Source of the DNA: a virus
Lineage: Duplodnaviria > Caudoviricetes
IMG/VR virus record: IMGVR_UViG_3300042480_000339
Location: 1 to 34,342 of that record
Reading direction: 5' to 3' (one strand)
Length of the DNA stretch: 34,342 nucleotides
In this document: positions 26,801 through 34,342 of the stretch, piece after piece
Numbering within the stretch: position 1 is the first letter of the stretch
How the letters are laid out: every line of letters begins with the position of its first letter
Notes under the pieces: generated by a model
Databases searched by the model: none
Told to the model about the DNA's origin: nothing
The model's input: only the letters and a program-made list of their open reading frames with translations
Program-made: the position numbers and the translations under genes

Positions 26801-27394
26801 CATCGAGTTTGAAAGGGCATCTACCGACGCCTTCGCATCGAGGCCTGCAGCCTTAGCAAGAACGTTAACGTTCTCGGATACCGCAGACAATGCCTCGGGT
26901 GTGCTTGCCAGATCAGGGCCAAACTTAGACAGCACAGTCTGGAAAGCCTCCAGCTGTGTTGTTGCTGATCCTCCAAACTGTTCAGCGAGGCCTTTTGCAC
27001 GTTCGCCCAAATCGTTGAGCCCGTCGCCAGTTACACCTGTAACAGCTGACACCGACTGCAGGGCAGTCTCGAAATTAGAGCCTGCTGCTATGGCCTGTGA
27101 AAGACCTTCCTGCAGCACGCCCCCCAGTTGTGCAGCAACGCCTCCAATAAGACCGCCAGAAAACGCACCCTTGAAAGAATCCGACAGCGAAGACGCTGCA
27201 TTTTTACCTGTTGTCTCCGCTACGTTTTCAAGGCTTTTGAGGCTCTGTTTGGCACCGTCGGTATCGACAACAGCGTCGATGTTTAGGGCCTTGCTTATCT
27301 GATCTGCTGACGTCTTGGAATCACTAGCGGCCTTCTTCAGTGACGATGAAAAGTCGCTAGTGTCCAGTTGTAGTTCATTCTTGAAAACTGCCAT
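23876..27394 (-). CDS. Tail tape measure protein
   Basis: 1172 aa, Ala-rich and helical; TP901-type core ([23 protein letters not shown]), hydrophobic segments, C-terminal [26 protein letters not shown]. Confidence 0.95.
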   Translation of the reverse strand: [1172 protein letters not shown]

Positions 27395-27723
27395 TATCGT
27401 TTCCCGATTCGGCGTTCGTGCCTGTTCTTAGCTATCTGTGAATCGGTCGGCTGATCCCATGAGTGAGCCCGCACAAGTGCGACCCTTCGCAGGAACTCCG
27501 ACGCTGTGAGGGAAACTACCACTTCGTCGGGTGTCATTTTCCACAACTTGCCTATTTCGATGGCCATGAGAACGTCGTGCTCATGTGCTGGCACTACGTC
27601 GGTTCCTGTGATGCGCTTGGGGTAAGTTTTGCCTGTGTCGTCAACAGGCGTTTTCGTCAGCACGTCGTAGGCTTCGTATATCTCAGCGACTGCTGCGACC
27701 TCAGAGTTTAGCGACGCCTCGAA
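27394..27723 (-). CDS. Tail assembly chaperone C-terminal extension (gpGT-like), probably reached by +1 frameshift
   Basis: Frame is open from 27729 to the stop overlapping the tape measure ATG; overlaps the 3' end of 27701..28237 at TGG TTT CGA. Confidence 0.7.
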   Translation of the reverse strand, partial: FEASLNSEVAAVAEIYEAYDVLTKTPVDDTGKTYPKRITGTDVVPAHEHDVLMAIEIGKLWKMTPDEVVVSLTASEFLRRVALVRAHSWDQPTDSQIAKNRHERRIGKR

Positions 27724-28237
27724 ACCACTTTACCGATTCGACCACCTCCGTCAGGTCTTGGTCTTCCCAGAATTCGGAAACGGACATGAGTGTCTTTTGT
27801 TCTTCGGTCAACTGGTTGGTGTCCATAATGACCTTGAGCACCTCAATGCAGGCGTTGATGGCGTCGTCATTGTCGAGCGGAAACTCTGTAATTGGGTTGT
27901 TCAGGGCTTGCCAGATGTTCGGAAATGATTCCAGCAATTCGGATTGTATGCGCTGTGTTACCATCGACTGCAGATCGGAGTCTGTGATGTTTGGGATAGC
28001 TTCCCGAATTTCCTTGCCAATCTGTGCAGCGTGCACCGAGTTAGCACCACCAGACAAGGTAACGATCTTGGCAGCATTGGGCGATTCCTGCAGGGCCTTC
28101 TGGAAAGCCGCGTTCTGGCCTAAACTGCGGAGTGTTGCGATGGGGTTCTCAACAGCCTTGATAATTCGGCGGGAGATGATGTTCTTTAGTGGGATCTCTT
28201 TCTGTTCGCCCACGAAATAGAGTTTAATCGACGGCAT
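27701..28237 (-). CDS. Tail assembly chaperone (gpG-like)
   Basis: Helical 178-aa ORF between the tail tube and tape measure genes. Confidence 0.7.
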   Translation of the reverse strand: MPSIKLYFVGEQKEIPLKNIISRRIIKAVENPIATLRSLGQNAAFQKALQESPNAAKIVTLSGGANSVHAAQIGKEIREAIPNITDSDLQSMVTQRIQSELLESFPNIWQALNNPITEFPLDNDDAINACIEVLKVIMDTNQLTEEQKTLMSVSEFWEDQDLTEVVESVKWFRGVAKL

Positions 28238-28279
28238 GACAAATCCTCTTATTACGCGGCATGTGAAACAAAATAGGCA

Positions 28280-28305
28280 GGGGCCGCCATGCCGCGAACG
28301 GCCCC
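28280..28305 (-). terminator. Hairpin/terminator after the tail tube gene
   Basis: GGGGCCG-N12-CGGCCCC; the minus strand continues TGCCTATTTTGTTT. Confidence 0.55.
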
Positions 28306-28325
28306 CACCAGGTAACCTCGGAAGG

Positions 28326-28892
28326 TTACTTATAGACTACAGTTCCGTAAGGGATTGTGCCGAACAGCGTTACAGCCGATGCTGTCGTCATGAAGTCACC
28401 AAAGTAGCCAGACGAGAGTGTGACTGGGTTTTGGAGTTTGAAACCTTCAAATGACAGCGTGACACGGTTGTATGTTTCGCCGGCTTGTGCCCAGCCACCA
28501 GATTCGTTTGTCAGGCGTTGTGGGAATACGCCAACCTTACGAGCACCACCAGTTTGACCTCCTGCAAAACCACCGCGAACAGCGACGATCAGCTTCTGGT
28601 TCTGTGCAGATCCCGTTTCGTTAGTGCCGTTCTCAAGAAGCAAATCCTCGATAGAACCAGCACCTACGTTTGTTGCTGACTCGATGAACGTCTGGAGTGC
28701 CTGTGTATCTTCGACATGTTCGATAGATACCGCATAAGCACCCGATGCAGCATCGCGTGTTACATCTGTTGAGATGATGTTATCAGCAAGTTTGTAAAAG
28801 TATGTGGAACCAACAGCAGGTGTGCCGGTATCTTCCACAGTCCATGCGCCGAAGACGTTACCGCCCGCGACGACGCGACGTGATAGTGACAT
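28326..28892 (-). CDS. Putative major tail (tube) protein
   Basis: 188 aa, beta-rich, upstream of the chaperones and followed by a hairpin; positional inference. Confidence 0.65.
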   Translation of the reverse strand: MSLSRRVVAGGNVFGAWTVEDTGTPAVGSTYFYKLADNIISTDVTRDAASGAYAVSIEHVEDTQALQTFIESATNVGAGSIEDLLLENGTNETGSAQNQKLIVAVRGGFAGGQTGGARKVGVFPQRLTNESGGWAQAGETYNRVTLSFEGFKLQNPVTLSSGYFGDFMTTASAVTLFGTIPYGTVVYK

Positions 28893-28893
28893 G

Positions 28894-29646
28894 TTATTTG
28901 TCCTTTGTTACGTAATACATGAATGATCCTGAGTCGCGGTGTATCATCTGCGTCCAGTATACGAGCTGGTCGTCATCGGTACAGTCCGCGATCTCACGTG
29001 CGAGCCCCTTCACATTACGCCTCACCTTGGCCATCATCGAGTCGGCGTCGACTTCATAGCCTACGTGGTGCACTAACAGTGAACAGGTCTCTAATGTTAG
29101 CCCCTGCTGTTCTATTGACCAGGTGATCTGTTCGTGTGCAGCACCTTTGAAAGCAAATGCTTTGTTGTTGCGAAACACCCTTGTCTGTGGATGATGGTAT
29201 CGCATAACATTGCTATTGCCTTCGTGCTTCGGTTGTACTCCAACACATCCGCACACAAGCCCGCCAACACCGGCGGGGTATATCGTCAGGTCGTCAAACC
29301 AACTATGCTGGTGAGTCAGTAAACGGTCGTCGGCGTCTATCCACATGACCCACCCTCGAGAACAGAGACCAATGCAAAGGTTGCGAAGATTGGCGAAGTG
29401 CAAATCTTGCCACTGTGTTTCGTAATAACGAACAATGCTGCCGTTGTTTAACGTTATCTTTTTACGTTCTACAACCTCTGAATTGTCGCCCTGTTCATTC
29501 CAAAGCACGACCACCTCGCAGCCACTCGGTAGCGTTGAGATCATCTGCATCACGTGGTGTGCTTCGCTCTTGTGTGCTATGCAGGCGAAGCTGACGTCGA
29601 CGTGTTTAGGCTCGGAGCTTTGGTTCGTTGCCAACATAAAGAACAA
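28894..29646 (-). CDS. GT2 glycosyltransferase (SunS/TPR-GT-like catalytic domain) in the tail operon
   Basis: W..LHFANLRN, WVMWIDADDRL (DxD), RVFRN...FKGAAHEQI, VHHVGY, KVRRN. True start may be ATG 29637. Confidence 0.88.
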   Translation of the reverse strand: MFFMLATNQSSEPKHVDVSFACIAHKSEAHHVMQMISTLPSGCEVVVLWNEQGDNSEVVERKKITLNNGSIVRYYETQWQDLHFANLRNLCIGLCSRGWVMWIDADDRLLTHQHSWFDDLTIYPAGVGGLVCGCVGVQPKHEGNSNVMRYHHPQTRVFRNNKAFAFKGAAHEQITWSIEQQGLTLETCSLLVHHVGYEVDADSMMAKVRRNVKGLAREIADCTDDDQLVYWTQMIHRDSGSFMYYVTKDK

Positions 29647-29845
29647 CTTTCGCTTGTGATGGTTCGCTCAAAAATTGACCAATGATGATTTCCTGCACGT
29701 CGCGCACAAAGAACTCCTGCACGGTCGTACTGGTCACATCGCGTGGCCTGTGATCCGTGAACAGATCCGAGTCCACCCTGACGTCGATGTCGCCATAGAC
29801 GCTGTGGATCTGGCGAAGATGTCTCATCAGTTCAGATACAGTCAT
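29606..29845 (-). CDS. Hypothetical protein
   Basis: MTVSELMRHLRQI...YGDIDVRV; ATGA-coupled. Confidence 0.6.
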   Translation of the reverse strand: MTVSELMRHLRQIHSVYGDIDVRVDSDLFTDHRPRDVTSTTVQEFFVRDVQEIIIGQFLSEPSQAKVVLYVGNEPKLRA

Positions 29846-30315
29846 GCTTGCTGGAGATAAGATATTGTTACTTCGTACAACAGGCCCACCTTGTCTGACT
29901 TGTCGTCGACGTAGCCGGTAACGTTGCCAGTTTCGATGCTGTGTAGTGTTACAGTATATCCTGCACTAGTGACGTCTGAATAGGGGAGCGTAGCTTCCAC
30001 AGCGTCCATCGCTTTGTCGATCTTCTCGCTGAGTTGCCCGTGCATGATGGCAGCCGTGCCGAGCTCTTGAGAGTCAAGGGTGTTTTTCTGCACAGCATAG
30101 ATACCCAGCAATAGACGACGTATTGAGGTTCTAAACCCTGACTCCGTGTTCAGAGGTGTTAACGTGTCGCTAATGACGTTAACGTAAACGTTGGCCTTTG
30201 TGTTGGACAGGGCCGTTTCTTTGGTGAAGACGTTGATGACGTTGAAGGTCTTATCGTCAGACAGTTTGTCCTTGACAAGATCCAACGCCATAGCGTATTT
30301 CGAAGTTGTGCTCAT
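29842..30315 (-). CDS. Putative tail terminator/completion protein
   Basis: Size, position after the neck genes, and C-terminal YEVTISY strand. Confidence 0.6.
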   Translation of the reverse strand: MSTTSKYAMALDLVKDKLSDDKTFNVINVFTKETALSNTKANVYVNVISDTLTPLNTESGFRTSIRRLLLGIYAVQKNTLDSQELGTAAIMHGQLSEKIDKAMDAVEATLPYSDVTSAGYTVTLHSIETGNVTGYVDDKSDKVGLLYEVTISYLQQA

Positions 30316-30779
30316 GACGAAGCCTCCGCTAGTTTACGTAGCATGATGTCGATGATACGCGGGAAATTTCCGTCTTGAAACGATTTCATAGCAGGCCAAA
30401 TGTAGGGCCGTGGTGGGATAGTTGCGGCGTAGTTACGGCCTGTCTGTCCACCGTATTCATGAATGCGAGCGTATGGTATGACGTTTAAGTCCACACCCCA
30501 TACGAAGGCGTAGGTGTCGCCTCGCTGTTCAAATGCCGTAGCGTTGCCCTTCGCCCTGTATACGGTCGCTGCTTTAAACAACGATCCTGTTACGAGTTGC
30601 AAAGTTTTACCTTCGGGTTGCCTAGGGTATTTAGGTGCTCGGTTCGTTTCGCCGTAGTTCTTCGAAATATCGACAGCAAGTGCAGTCTGCATTCGCTGAG
30701 GGTCGAAGGCGTCCTTCGCCAGCACTGGCAAGTTCAGCAGGATATTACGGACGTACTGGTCAACCGTAATCACAGCCAA
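30312..30779 (-). CDS. Phage virion morphogenesis/neck protein (Mu gpG-like)
   Basis: LVTGSL...PYARIHEYGG...IPPRPY motif. Confidence 0.8.
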   Translation of the reverse strand: MAVITVDQYVRNILLNLPVLAKDAFDPQRMQTALAVDISKNYGETNRAPKYPRQPEGKTLQLVTGSLFKAATVYRAKGNATAFEQRGDTYAFVWGVDLNVIPYARIHEYGGQTGRNYAATIPPRPYIWPAMKSFQDGNFPRIIDIMLRKLAEASS

Positions 30780-31348
30780 GCCCTGACGATATACGGTGCC
30801 AGCCGTGCACGGAATCGGTTTGTAAGGTCACGATATACTGTCGTTACTGTCGTGCCGCCCTCTGACGAAGCCACCGACTGAAGCCCGATTCTGTTTTCAC
30901 GCCCTGAATAATCGGTGTTTTTGAATAACTCCACGACCATTTCGGAGCAAACACTTTTAATATCAGCAGGTGTGTTGGCGTCTGTATAACCGACCGTAAC
31001 ATTTGCACGCCACAAAACGTAGTTGAGTCCTTCGGCATAGTACACCTGATAAACACCGTCTGCCTTGACTACGATAGCACCTGTGGCTGTAGTCCAGGTT
31101 GCATCGTCTACGTGTTCCTTGTACTGCAGTGATGTCAACGTAACAGGCACGGTGTACGGTAGGATATAGGTCTGCATCCTGTTCCCTACGAAGTCCAGCG
31201 CTACGGTCTCGGTTTCGATAGGTTGTTTGCAGATGCCCTTGATAATTGAACCGGCCTGCAGGATAAAGCCCAGTATGCGCGTGTCTTGCGTGCTGTCCCC
31301 AATGTTGAGATAGCTTGTTTTGATTTCGGAGACAGTTACGAGTGCCAT
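30770..31348 (-). CDS. Head-tail connector (gp6/gp15-like)
   Basis: LVTVSEIKTSYLNI...D..I...I..A...I...C.Q, VGY....PADIK.V..EMV, RLAPY. Confidence 0.8.
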   Translation of the reverse strand: MALVTVSEIKTSYLNIGDSTQDTRILGFILQAGSIIKGICKQPIETETVALDFVGNRMQTYILPYTVPVTLTSLQYKEHVDDATWTTATGAIVVKADGVYQVYYAEGLNYVLWRANVTVGYTDANTPADIKSVCSEMVVELFKNTDYSGRENRIGLQSVASSEGGTTVTTVYRDLTNRFRARLAPYIVRAWL

Positions 31349-31809
31349 TACTTAATTCCCACAACGTCAAAAATTGCTTGGTCGGTTTCGTTCAATTCCG
31401 TTGGAAAACGTGTGGACAAAATTAGGTCTTTCTTGTATAAAGTTACGCACACCTTGTCCGACTGGTTACCTCCGAGAAGATACACGCTGTCACCCTTCTC
31501 GCCTGTGTAGAAACCGACGTGGTGGCCACCCTTGCGTTTCAAGACTACAACACATCCGTACTGCATAGGCACCTCGCGCCCCCACTTCAGCCATGACTTA
31601 GCCGCAGCGGAGCGTGTGATGGGGTAGCCTGACTTATTGAATACCCAGTTCACGAACGACGAACACCATGGCACCTCGTCTGCTTTGGCTTTCAACGTAG
31701 TTAAGGCGTGGTATTCGAGGATCCTCGGAGTGTGCGATGAGATGCCAGTGATTTCCTTGACACCTTTCTCACCTTCGGCAATCTTTAGCCAGCTGTACTT
31801 ATTAGACAT
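31348..31809 (-). CDS. Endolysin, CHAP/NlpC-P60-like (TIGR02594-type)
   Basis: W..IA..E.GVKE, DEVPWCSSFVNW (Cys), GHHVGFY (His), LLGGNQSDKV. Confidence 0.88.
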   Translation of the reverse strand: MSNKYSWLKIAEGEKGVKEITGISSHTPRILEYHALTTLKAKADEVPWCSSFVNWVFNKSGYPITRSAAAKSWLKWGREVPMQYGCVVVLKRKGGHHVGFYTGEKGDSVYLLGGNQSDKVCVTLYKKDLILSTRFPTELNETDQAIFDVVGIK

Positions 31810-32092
31810 CTAATTGGTTTCCCTTCGCTGTTTTGTAGGATTGCCAGGCCATTTCTTCAAACAACCTTGTCCGTTCTTCGTTATGGTCTTGCCCCGTGGC
31901 AGCCTCAAAAGCGTGGTACCATTCGTGCAAGAACGTCTTGAGTTGAGTTTCTATGGTCGTAAGCCGGCCGTCTACGTGGGTTGCTATGCGGATGGTGTGT
32001 TTTTCAGCGTCGCACTCGCCATAGGCACCGCGCATCTTGCACATCCGCACACGCCATGTGTGGCCTCCGAGTTTGAACGACGTGGGGATCAT
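31802..32092 (-). CDS. Small HEXXH zinc-metallopeptidase-like protein
   Basis: YGECD....IRI...TFLHEWYHAF...E motif. Confidence 0.75.
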   Translation of the reverse strand: MIPTSFKLGGHTWRVRMCKMRGAYGECDAEKHTIRIATHVDGRLTTIETQLKTFLHEWYHAFEAATGQDHNEERTRLFEEMAWQSYKTAKGNQLDV

Positions 32093-33159
32093 CTCACTTC
32101 TCCGTCAATTATCATCTTGTTATAAACTGTGAAGCGTCCCGAGTCCTGCAGATCAACAATAGCGAACCCGTGATTCCAGCCGTTACGGGCCGCGTAGAAC
32201 GGGTTTAAGTCGCACAGGCACCCAACAGACCACCCTGCTATGAAAGACCCGTCTAAGGGCCTGCGAATCATGTCCGTGGACGTTCTATGCACGTGCCCCA
32301 CTAGTATATTGTCGAGGGCTTTCATTCGGTAGTTTCGCCCTGGGGTTACACCACCACCGCCGAACCATTCGTGCCCGTGGTCTATCCACAACTGCCCAGC
32401 CTGCATCTTGCCCCGTTTTGATACCCACTCGATACCGAGCTCACGTAGTTTTAGGAACTCTTCGAGGTGGACGGTGCCGATAAGTTCCTTCGCCTTACGT
32501 GCAAGGTATCTCTGGTAACGCTCTTCGTGGTTGCCTTCTCTGTACACGATGCGTACCTTATCACCAAAGAAAGCCCGCAGGTGTTTCAGCATCGCGATCG
32601 CAACATCCAATTCCCACTTCCACGACCGTTTTCCTTCAACCTTCTCATGATCTGACAGGTTGTAGACGTCCAACATATCGCCGTTTAATACGAGCGTGTC
32701 TATGCCCTCATCACGGAGTGTTTCTATTGCCGTCCAATAAGCGCCGTAGAAATTACCGGCTGAGTCTTTGCGTAGATCATGGAAAGGCCAGTGAGCATCC
32801 GAGATAATGCCAATCTTACCAGGTCTAATTTCGCATATTTCGTCGTCACGTAATTCGCCTGCTATGGCATCGTCGAATGGAACCGCCCCGTATTCGGTAG
32901 CTGGTGCTTCGGCTGTTCGTAGTTTCTTAAGTGCTTCGGCCTCGCGTTCATGGACGCTGTTTAGTGCTGCCTTTGCCTTTTGAATTTTCGTTTTTATTAC
33001 CTCGGGGTTCTCAGCAGCGAAGGCGTGGGCGTTCTTGATTTCAGCGCCGCGTATTATGCCACCCTTTATTTGGGATTTTTTCATACGAGCCGCGCGGTAA
33101 TCTTCGATAATTTCCCGCACGGCATCGTACTCTACATCGGACAGGCGTAAACGCGGCAT
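32089..33159 (-). CDS. Calcineurin-like metallophosphoesterase
   Basis: ISDAH, NGDMLD, EGNHE, HGH and GHVH motifs; ~110-aa helical N-terminal extension. Confidence 0.9.
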   Translation of the reverse strand: MPRLRLSDVEYDAVREIIEDYRAARMKKSQIKGGIIRGAEIKNAHAFAAENPEVIKTKIQKAKAALNSVHEREAEALKKLRTAEAPATEYGAVPFDDAIAGELRDDEICEIRPGKIGIISDAHWPFHDLRKDSAGNFYGAYWTAIETLRDEGIDTLVLNGDMLDVYNLSDHEKVEGKRSWKWELDVAIAMLKHLRAFFGDKVRIVYREGNHEERYQRYLARKAKELIGTVHLEEFLKLRELGIEWVSKRGKMQAGQLWIDHGHEWFGGGGVTPGRNYRMKALDNILVGHVHRTSTDMIRRPLDGSFIAGWSVGCLCDLNPFYAARNGWNHGFAIVDLQDSGRFTVYNKMIIDGEVR

Positions 33160-33175
33160 GTCTGGCCCTGTCTAT

Positions 33176-33532
33176 TTACTTGGAATCTTCAGCGAAAAAA
33201 CCGATGATGAAGATAGCAACCGCAGTGATCGCTTCCTGTGGGATAGTGTAACCAGTAACCGAGTTCACCACTAAGGCAATAGCAGACACGACGCCTGCAA
33301 CGGTTGTTTTCCAGTTCTTCATGAGAAGACCTCGGGAGATAGTGAATAAGTGAGGTATCAGTCGCAACATAATCCACGCATTGTGGATTTTATCAACAAT
33401 GTTAGTGCTCGGCTGTTCTTCATCATCGACGACAGGCAACGGCTGAACAGGTCGTACTTTCTGGAATACGTTCGGCCGTTCTATACGCCTCGGAAGTACC
33501 TTCGTAATTATCGGGTCTTCACTTAGTGACAC
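33176..33532 (-). CDS. Holin-like membrane protein
   Basis: C-terminal MKNWKTTVAG module with two hydrophobic segments; internal ATG at 33322. Confidence 0.6.
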   Translation of the reverse strand: MSLSEDPIITKVLPRRIERPNVFQKVRPVQPLPVVDDEEQPSTNIVDKIHNAWIMLRLIPHLFTISRGLLMKNWKTTVAGVVSAIALVVNSVTGYTIPQEAITAVAIFIIGFFAEDSK

Positions 33533-33803
33533 GCTTGTATGCCTTACGTGGTTTTGGTTCTGTGTTGCCTGTGCGCTCTTCTAATCTTACCAAGCGCTCG
33601 ATAATCTCAACAATACGCTGCGTAATTAGCTCATCTGATTTCTTCAGTGCAATTATCTCGTTTGTCGTATTGCTCATGACTTCATGCATAGCAATCACGT
33701 TATCACGTGTCTCGCGGAAGTCATTCACTAGCGTCTTAACCCAGAAGCCGATGATAGCTAGCATGGTGCTCATGATGATGCCGAACATTGTCTCAACGGT
33801 CAT
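33519..33803 (-). CDS. Single-TM coiled-coil protein (lysis-cassette type)
   Basis: N-terminal TM, coiled coil ending ERLVRLEER, basic tail. Confidence 0.6.
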   Translation of the reverse strand: MTVETMFGIIMSTMLAIIGFWVKTLVNDFRETRDNVIAMHEVMSNTTNEIIALKKSDELITQRIVEIIERLVRLEERTGNTEPKPRKAYKRVTK

Positions 33804-34060
33804 GCTTCAACTCCGAACAACGGCGGCGCTGGCTTTGGTACGAATGGTATCATCGGCAAATCCTTAATCCATAGGAACTCTGGGTTAGCACAATACGCCA
33901 CTTCCTGCGCTGAGATAATCCAGTTGTCTTCGATGTCTTGGATAGGATTGAAATACGAATCCTGCAAGAACACCTGACCACGCAATGAGTCCGCCTGCTC
34001 TAATGTTAGCTTGGCACAGTAGTTGCCCAAATCCTGAATTGGTATCTGTGTTAGGTTCAT
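33800..34060 (-). CDS. Conserved small partner of the junction-spanning fibre protein (possible chaperone)
   Basis: LT.EQ...L.GQ....DSYFNPIQD..DNWIIS..E...C.NPEF.W.KDLP motif; ATGA-coupled. Confidence 0.65.
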   Translation of the reverse strand: MNLTQIPIQDLGNYCAKLTLEQADSLRGQVFLQDSYFNPIQDIEDNWIISAQEVAYCANPEFLWIKDLPMIPFVPKPAPPLFGVEA

Positions 34061-34342
34061 ACCTGTCTTCCGAGTGAAGTTTGGTAGCGTTGGACGATGT
34101 TGTAGAGGGCTGTTACATCTGTGCCAGTCAGGCCGTCGCCTATGCTAATAAATCCGGATTCTTTGTTGCTATACTGAAAAGCAGACCCTTGATCGTTTCT
34201 TGCAGCTATATACAATCTGCGAGCTACGCTCGAAACGTTTGTATTACTTGCATTCAAATCAGAAGCTATATTTGTTGTGTTTTTGTATAGTCTATGCACA
34301 TTTGAACTTGTACGTGTGCCAACAAACAAACCTTGTCCAGAT
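34057..34342 (-). CDS. C-terminal part of the 289-aa junction-spanning protein
   Basis: In frame with 1..688 across the repeat; ends SIGDGLTGTDVTALYNIVQRYQTSLGRQV. Confidence 0.85.
   Translation of the reverse strand, partial: SGQGLFVGTRTSSNVHRLYKNTTNIASDLNASNTNVSSVARRLYIAARNDQGSAFQYSNKESGFISIGDGLTGTDVTALYNIVQRYQTSLGRQV
34239..34342. repeat. Terminal direct repeat, copy 2
   Basis: Identical to 1-104. Confidence 0.97.

Noticed and set aside
26301-27302. 333-aa plus-strand ORF and other plus-strand ORFs
   Set aside because: Antisense shadows of well-supported minus-strand genes; Ser/Pro/Ala-rich with no recognisable motifs.
30963-31370. Overlapping minus-strand 135-aa ORF after the endolysin as an embedded spanin
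   Set aside because: No TM segment or lipobox; it is an alternate frame of the head-tail connector.
1-34342. Stop-codon reassignment
   Set aside because: The standard code gives dense, full-length, coupled genes, and TAA, TGA and TAG all act as stops.

Overview
Apparently complete, circularly assembled genome (34,238 bp unique; bases 1-104 repeat exactly at 34239-34342) of a tailed dsDNA phage of siphovirus type. All credible genes are on the minus strand and are tightly coupled by ATGA/TAATG overlaps. I see no integrase, repressor, polymerase, tRNA or CRISPR array. In transcription order from a sigma70-like promoter at ~20.07 kb: small early genes, a GT2 glycosyltransferase, an RHH regulator, a PD-(D/E)XK exonuclease, an SSB-like protein, a T5orf172-like nuclease, a VirE-type primase-helicase followed by an iteron-rich putative origin, a VRR-NUC nuclease and a stand-alone DnaA domain IV protein. 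Next come TerS, TerL, a DNA methyltransferase, a portal/gpF fusion, an HK97-type protease and capsid, and about 8 decoration/fibre-like genes (one spanning the circular junction). These are followed by a lysis cassette containing a metallophosphoesterase and an HEXXH protein, neck genes, a second GT2 next to the tail tube gene, tail chaperones with a likely +1 frameshift, tape measure and tail tip genes. The main candidate novel system is the phage DnaA-domain-IV protein together with perfect DnaA boxes, each with a shared AGCATAAC element, in the gaps that precede TerS and the protease-capsid genes. Family assignments come from motif recognition by eye, not database searches.
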